From an uncultured Bacillota bacterium (GTDB taxonomy: Bacteria; Bacillota_I; Bacilli_A; RF39; UBA660): DNA of 52,629 bases. The position numbers and the translations under genes are program-made. Positions 48,886-52,629 of the stretch are shown here, in pieces; positions within the stretch are counted from its first letter, which is position 1; every line of letters begins with the position of its first letter. Under the pieces are notes generated by a model, which had not been told where the DNA came from, ran no database searches, and saw only the letters and a program-made list of their open reading frames with translations. Location: positions 1-52,629 of the forward strand of contig ONJI01000011.1 of assembly GCA_900318075.1 (NCBI GenBank), in the 5' to 3' direction.

Positions 48886-50452
48886 ATTTTGTAAGTACTT
48901 TGTTTTTTGAATAATTTGGTAAATTAATCACTATTACAGAAATATTATCTTCTGTTTTAACTAACCATTCAGTATATTTTTTACTTAACGCATCTTCTAT
49001 CATTGTACTTGTAGGAATATTTTCCTTAAAATATGATTTAAAAGTTTCTTCACTTACTAAATCGGTAATTCCATCACTTGATAGAATTATTTTTTGACCA
49101 ATGTTATCTATAATATTTATATGAAGTTCATCATTATAACCGGCTCCTATAGCAGCCGTTATAGTATTATTCCAAGGATTATATCTAGCTTCTTCATAGT
49201 CTAGTCCTTTAGAATCAGAGTCTAAGGTTGTAAGTAAGACTAAATCATCAGTTTCTTTATCATAGGTATAGGCAGCCGAATCACCAATATTGGCAATTAC
49301 TGTTTTATCATTTACTGTGATTGATAAAACCATTGTAGTATAACTACCATGATATTTTTGATTTATTAAACTATCAATTTGAGAAATTTTATATTTCAGT
49401 AGTTTAATTAATAAATCAATATCGTTTAAAATTTCATCTGGAATAATTTCAAACCAATCTTTGATTTCTTCTATGAGTAATTTACTAGCTTCTTCTCCTT
49501 TTTCAGAGCCACCTGCTCCATCAGCGACCATATTTAAAAAGCAGTTTTCATTTTTAACTATACTTAAAACAGCGTCTTGCTGGGGCATTTCTGGTTTGCT
49601 TTCATATCCTCTATCTGTAGATACTTCGATTTTGCCTGAAAGCAGGCTGGCGTTAAATGAATCTAATAGTTTTATTCCATTTCCATTACTTAAAATTTCA
49701 TATGCATTTTTAGTTATTTTAAGCCCACTTTCTTTTAAAACTTCAGTTACATCTATATTTTTAATATATTTTTTTATTAATTCTTCTAAGATTTTTTCAG
49801 TTTGTTTTATATTAAGTTTGTTATACATAGTTATATCTTTAGTTTTTAATAAATCAATTAATATTATAGGTATATCATGCATTAGCTCGCGATAATTATT
49901 TGTTTTTACGGAGGTAACTTTTTTTTCAGCTTGGCCATAAAAAACATTATTTTTATGAACTTTTATATTACCTGTTTGATCAACATCTACATTAATATCA
50001 TCTATTTTATAACTTCCCGGCATATATACTGGGTAAATAATTATTTTTAAATCTTCTACGTTTTTAGGCAAGTTTTCTTCTATATTTATATGCGAAAAAT
50101 CGTCTGCGTGGAGTAACCAATCTGAGCCTATAATGTTAATTCTATTATCGTTTACAAAAATTGCGTAATTTCCTGAAAACATAAATTTATCTATTTCATC
50201 TAATTTTGATAAATAGTCGTTATATATAATTTCTAGGCATTTTTCTGGCGTTATGGTTATATGTTCTTTTATCAAGAAATTTTTAAAATAGTTATCTTGG
50301 AATAAATAAGAAATGATATCATTATTATTTTTTATTTTGTTTAATGTGCTATCTAATTCATTTAAAATTATTTGTGCGAGTTTTTTCTCAAGGTCATCAC
50401 CCGGATGATTTAGTTTATAGCCAATAATTGCTTTTTTTAATAATTTTTCCAT
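48884..50452 (-). CDS. PP2C-family Ser/Thr phosphatase with an unknown ~290-aa N-terminal region
   Basis: The C-terminal half carries the PPM motifs MVADGAGGSEKGEEAS, IANIGDSAAY, LSSDGITD and EDNISVIV. I recognise nothing in the N-terminal half, and no TM segments are present. Confidence 0.75.
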   Translation of the reverse strand: MEKLLKKAIIGYKLNHPGDDLEKKLAQIILNELDSTLNKIKNNNDIISYLFQDNYFKNFLIKEHITITPEKCLEIIYNDYLSKLDEIDKFMFSGNYAIFVNDNRINIIGSDWLLHADDFSHINIEENLPKNVEDLKIIIYPVYMPGSYKIDDINVDVDQTGNIKVHKNNVFYGQAEKKVTSVKTNNYRELMHDIPIILIDLLKTKDITMYNKLNIKQTEKILEELIKKYIKNIDVTEVLKESGLKITKNAYEILSNGNGIKLLDSFNASLLSGKIEVSTDRGYESKPEMPQQDAVLSIVKNENCFLNMVADGAGGSEKGEEASKLLIEEIKDWFEIIPDEILNDIDLLIKLLKYKISQIDSLINQKYHGSYTTMVLSITVNDKTVIANIGDSAAYTYDKETDDLVLLTTLDSDSKGLDYEEARYNPWNNTITAAIGAGYNDELHINIIDNIGQKIILSSDGITDLVSEETFKSYFKENIPTSTMIEDALSKKYTEWLVKTEDNISVIVINLPNYSKNKVLTK

Positions 50453-50561
50453 AAACTCTCCTTTTTTTCATCTAGATGATAGCAGCTTCTTTTTTTATTG
50501 TCAAATTTGTTTATATCTTTTTTTATATATGATATAATTATTAGAGGCAGGAGGCGTTTAT

Positions 50562-51812
50562 ATGGAAATAAAGCTACTTACAAACGCAGAGTTTTTGGAA
50601 TTTAGTAAAGCTTATCAGCCATCATCTATTTATCAAACTATAAATTATGCCTTTACTATGCATGAGCAAGGATATGAATCAATGTTTGTTGGGCTTACCG
50701 ATGGCAATATTTTAAAGGCGGCTAGTTTAATATTAGTTCACAAGGTTAATGGATTTAAATATGGTCTTGTTCCTAGAGGTTTTTTAATTGATTATAATGA
50801 TGAAGATCTTTTATCTGAATTTACAAGACTTTTAAAAAAGTTTCTAGGAAAAAAAGATATTGTTGCGATCAAAATTAATCCAATGATTATCAAAAAAATA
50901 TATGACAGTAATGGTAGAACAACGTTTAATAATAATCTATATGACGTTACTTTCCAAAGACTTACTAAATTAGGGTATTTTCATTTGGGATATAACAATA
51001 ATTTTGAAGCCTTAAAACCAAGATTTGAAGCGGTTATAAATCTAGATTTAAATTTTGTTCAATTATTTGGTAATATGGATAAAAGTACTAGAAATAAAAT
51101 TAGAAAAGCTACTCGTGATGGTATAAAAGTATATCACGGTCATAAAGAAGATCTTAAGTACCTATATTTACAAACAAAAAATAAATATCCTAGAGATTTA
51201 GAATATTTTGAAGATTTATATAAATTCTTTGATAAAGATGGATTAATTGATTTTTATTATAGTAAATTAGATACAACAGAATATCTAAAATATACTCAAA
51301 ATAAATATAATGATTTTCTAAATCAAAGTAAAAATTTAAGCCGTGCATTACTAAATGGTCAAGGTACTGATAAAGTCATAAATAAAAAACTATATGTTGA
51401 TCAAAATGTCGTTAAATATCGTAATCAACTAGCTGAAGCAACCGAATATTTAAAACAATATCCAAACGGTATCGTTATATCTTCAGCTCTAGCAATTAAA
51501 TGGCAAAATGAAGTATATGTAGTTATGGATGGTTATGATACTAAATTTAAAAAGTTTGGGGCTAAACAACTACTCTTTTGGAAATTAATTGGAAGATATG
51601 CGAAGCTTGGATTTAAAAAGTTAAATTTAGGTGGTGTTAGTAATATTAATCAATTAAATAACAAATATAAAGGTCTTAATGAATTTAAAATGAGTTTTCA
51701 TTCAAATATTATCGAATATATTGGTGATTTTGAACTTATTACTAATAATCCTTTATACTTTGTATATAGTAATTCTTTTGGAATTACTGGCATATTTAAT
51801 GGAAAAAAGTGA
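50562..51812 (+). CDS. FemAB-family peptidoglycan interpeptide aminoacyltransferase
   Basis: 416 aa. It has the two GNAT-like halves and the central coiled-coil insertion typical of FemX/FemA/MurM (SKAYQPSSIYQT..., NKIRKATRDGIKV, YKGLNEFKMSF). Confidence 0.8.
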   Translation: MEIKLLTNAEFLEFSKAYQPSSIYQTINYAFTMHEQGYESMFVGLTDGNILKAASLILVHKVNGFKYGLVPRGFLIDYNDEDLLSEFTRLLKKFLGKKDIVAIKINPMIIKKIYDSNGRTTFNNNLYDVTFQRLTKLGYFHLGYNNNFEALKPRFEAVINLDLNFVQLFGNMDKSTRNKIRKATRDGIKVYHGHKEDLKYLYLQTKNKYPRDLEYFEDLYKFFDKDGLIDFYYSKLDTTEYLKYTQNKYNDFLNQSKNLSRALLNGQGTDKVINKKLYVDQNVVKYRNQLAEATEYLKQYPNGIVISSALAIKWQNEVYVVMDGYDTKFKKFGAKQLLFWKLIGRYAKLGFKKLNLGGVSNINQLNNKYKGLNEFKMSFHSNIIEYIGDFELITNNPLYFVYSNSFGITGIFNGKK

Positions 51813-51845
51813 GAATAATTTGAAGGAAAATTAAAAATTAAAAAT

Positions 51846-51874
51846 AGTCAGGAAAATAATTCCTGACTTTTTAT
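51846..51874 (+). terminator. FemAB gene terminator
   Basis: AGTCAGGAA-AATAA-TTCCTGACT followed by T5. Confidence 0.75.
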
Positions 51875-52075
51875 TCATACATCCAACCTCTATCCAATAA
51901 AAAACGCAGTAAGGATAGAAAACGAAGAGTTTCGCATATAAATACTACTAATCTAAATTTTCATTTACTGCATATATTTTGTAATTCTTAAGCAAATATA
52001 GAATTACAAGGATTATCCTTGTTTCCAAGCTTCTGATTATTAAATTCCTCTAATAAAATATAGTCATTGGAAAAT

Positions 52076-52097
52076 CTAGTGGGCGCCGGATCACTAG
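52076..52097 (-). terminator. GC-containing hairpin just after the last gene's stop
   Basis: Minus strand CTAGTG-ATCCGGCGCC-CACTAG followed by ATTTT. The stem is weak (6 bp). Confidence 0.25.
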
Positions 52098-52103
52098 GTA
52101 CTA

Positions 52104-52629
52104 TCAGCCCCCGATCTCGATGCAAGCCGCACGGCCATCGGAATTGACATCGCATCCCCAAGAGTCACCATGCGCACAAACGCTACCACCAGAGCTAGCG
52201 TCAGCGCCCACTCCAGAAGCATCGCATACGAAGTGAGAACCGTAATCATTGCAAGCGTTTTCTTCAGTAAATGCCGCTTGAAGTACACCTACATTCGCAT
52301 TATATATTGGTTTTGTTTCTAAAGATGATTCATTATGCCATCCAGTTAAACAATACTCTGCTCCGTCTTTTATAAAACATGCATCTGCACCTGTTACTTT
52401 ATTATTTTCAATTGTATACTTTAAGCAATCATTCTTTCCTGTTGCACTGCAACTACTATATGTTTGTCCAACATCTTCTAAGCTTGATGAATCTTTATAA
52501 ATTGGATTTGTGTTTATCGCATATACTGTTTGAGCCGCTGGTGTTATAGCCATTCCACTAGTCCCTTGAACTACATTTATTCCGACTGTTAGACTACTAC
52601 TTCCTCCAGTTGTAAGATTACTTATATCA
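52104..52629 (-). CDS. Partial (5' end outside window) Cys-rich secreted/surface-type protein with a compositionally foreign C-terminus
   Basis: The frame stays open to the window edge (DISNLTTGGSSSLTVGINVVQGTSGMAITP...). There are 10 Cys. It ends ...FVCDASGVGADASSGGSVCAHGDSWGCDVNSDGRAACIEIGG. Confidence 0.6.
   Translation of the reverse strand, partial: DISNLTTGGSSSLTVGINVVQGTSGMAITPAAQTVYAINTNPIYKDSSSLEDVGQTYSSCSATGKNDCLKYTIENNKVTGADACFIKDGAEYCLTGWHNESSLETKPIYNANVGVLQAAFTEENACNDYGSHFVCDASGVGADASSGGSVCAHGDSWGCDVNSDGRAACIEIGG

Noticed and set aside
52094-52288. 64-aa alternative-frame ORF inside the GC-rich block
   Set aside because: It is open only because stop codons are rare in GC-rich sequence. 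The other frame continues a long Cys-patterned ORF from the AT-rich region.
52076-52300. GC-rich gene end as a diversity-generating retroelement variable region
   Set aside because: No template-repeat copy, Avd or reverse transcriptase occurs in the ~250 bp downstream or elsewhere in the window. The encoded tail does not look like a C-type-lectin VR. This cannot be excluded for sequence beyond 52629, so it is kept only as something to check.
1-52629. CRISPR arrays, rRNA genes, or large direct repeats
   Set aside because: Reading the intergenic regions, I found no regularly spaced direct repeats, no rRNA-like GC-rich blocks, and no long duplicated segments other than the protein-level Rpn paralogy.

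Overview
This is an AT-rich chromosomal segment, roughly 27-30% GC by eye. It comes from a spore-forming low-GC Firmicute, Clostridia- or Erysipelotrichia-like. All protein identifications rest on motif and family recognition from the translations; no database search was possible. Nearly all genes lie on the minus strand.

Housekeeping backbone: galE, phosphoketolase, lysS, thrS behind a Thr T-box leader, dnaB-dnaI, yebC, rnc, yidD, uvrA, ftsK/spoIIIE, pnp, rpsO, truB, cysS, topA, xerC, and two tRNAs (Leu-UAG and a CAU tRNA).

Sporulation genes: gerM, gerE, a lone spoIIIAH-like gene, spoIIAA-sigF, and spoVAC/AD/AE.

Decayed mobile or defence-type genes: a frameshifted Rpn nuclease plus an intact paralog, an MNT antitoxin beside an internally deleted HEPN toxin, a YhcG-type nuclease with an in-frame stop, and an ISL3 transposase remnant next to the tRNAs.

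Observations most worth follow-up:
1. The spoIIA-like operon keeps its synteny with spoVA but has no spoIIAB. Its SpoIIAA homolog carries Glu at the phospho-Ser position, and a prepilin-like gene follows sigF.
2. A full-length pyruvate-phosphate-dikinase paralog has lost the catalytic residues in all three domains. It is tightly packed between xerC and an overlapping Smr gene.
3. Two tandem paralogous unknown genes sit between topA and xerC.
4. A candidate type I toxin-antitoxin locus pairs a 30-aa hydrophobic peptide with a convergent antisense RNA.
5. A roughly 200-bp block of about 57% GC forms the Cys-rich 3' end of the partial last gene.
6. An unknown ORF is inserted between the Thr T-box and a thrS that lacks the TGS domain.

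No CRISPR array, rRNA or intact IS element was seen.
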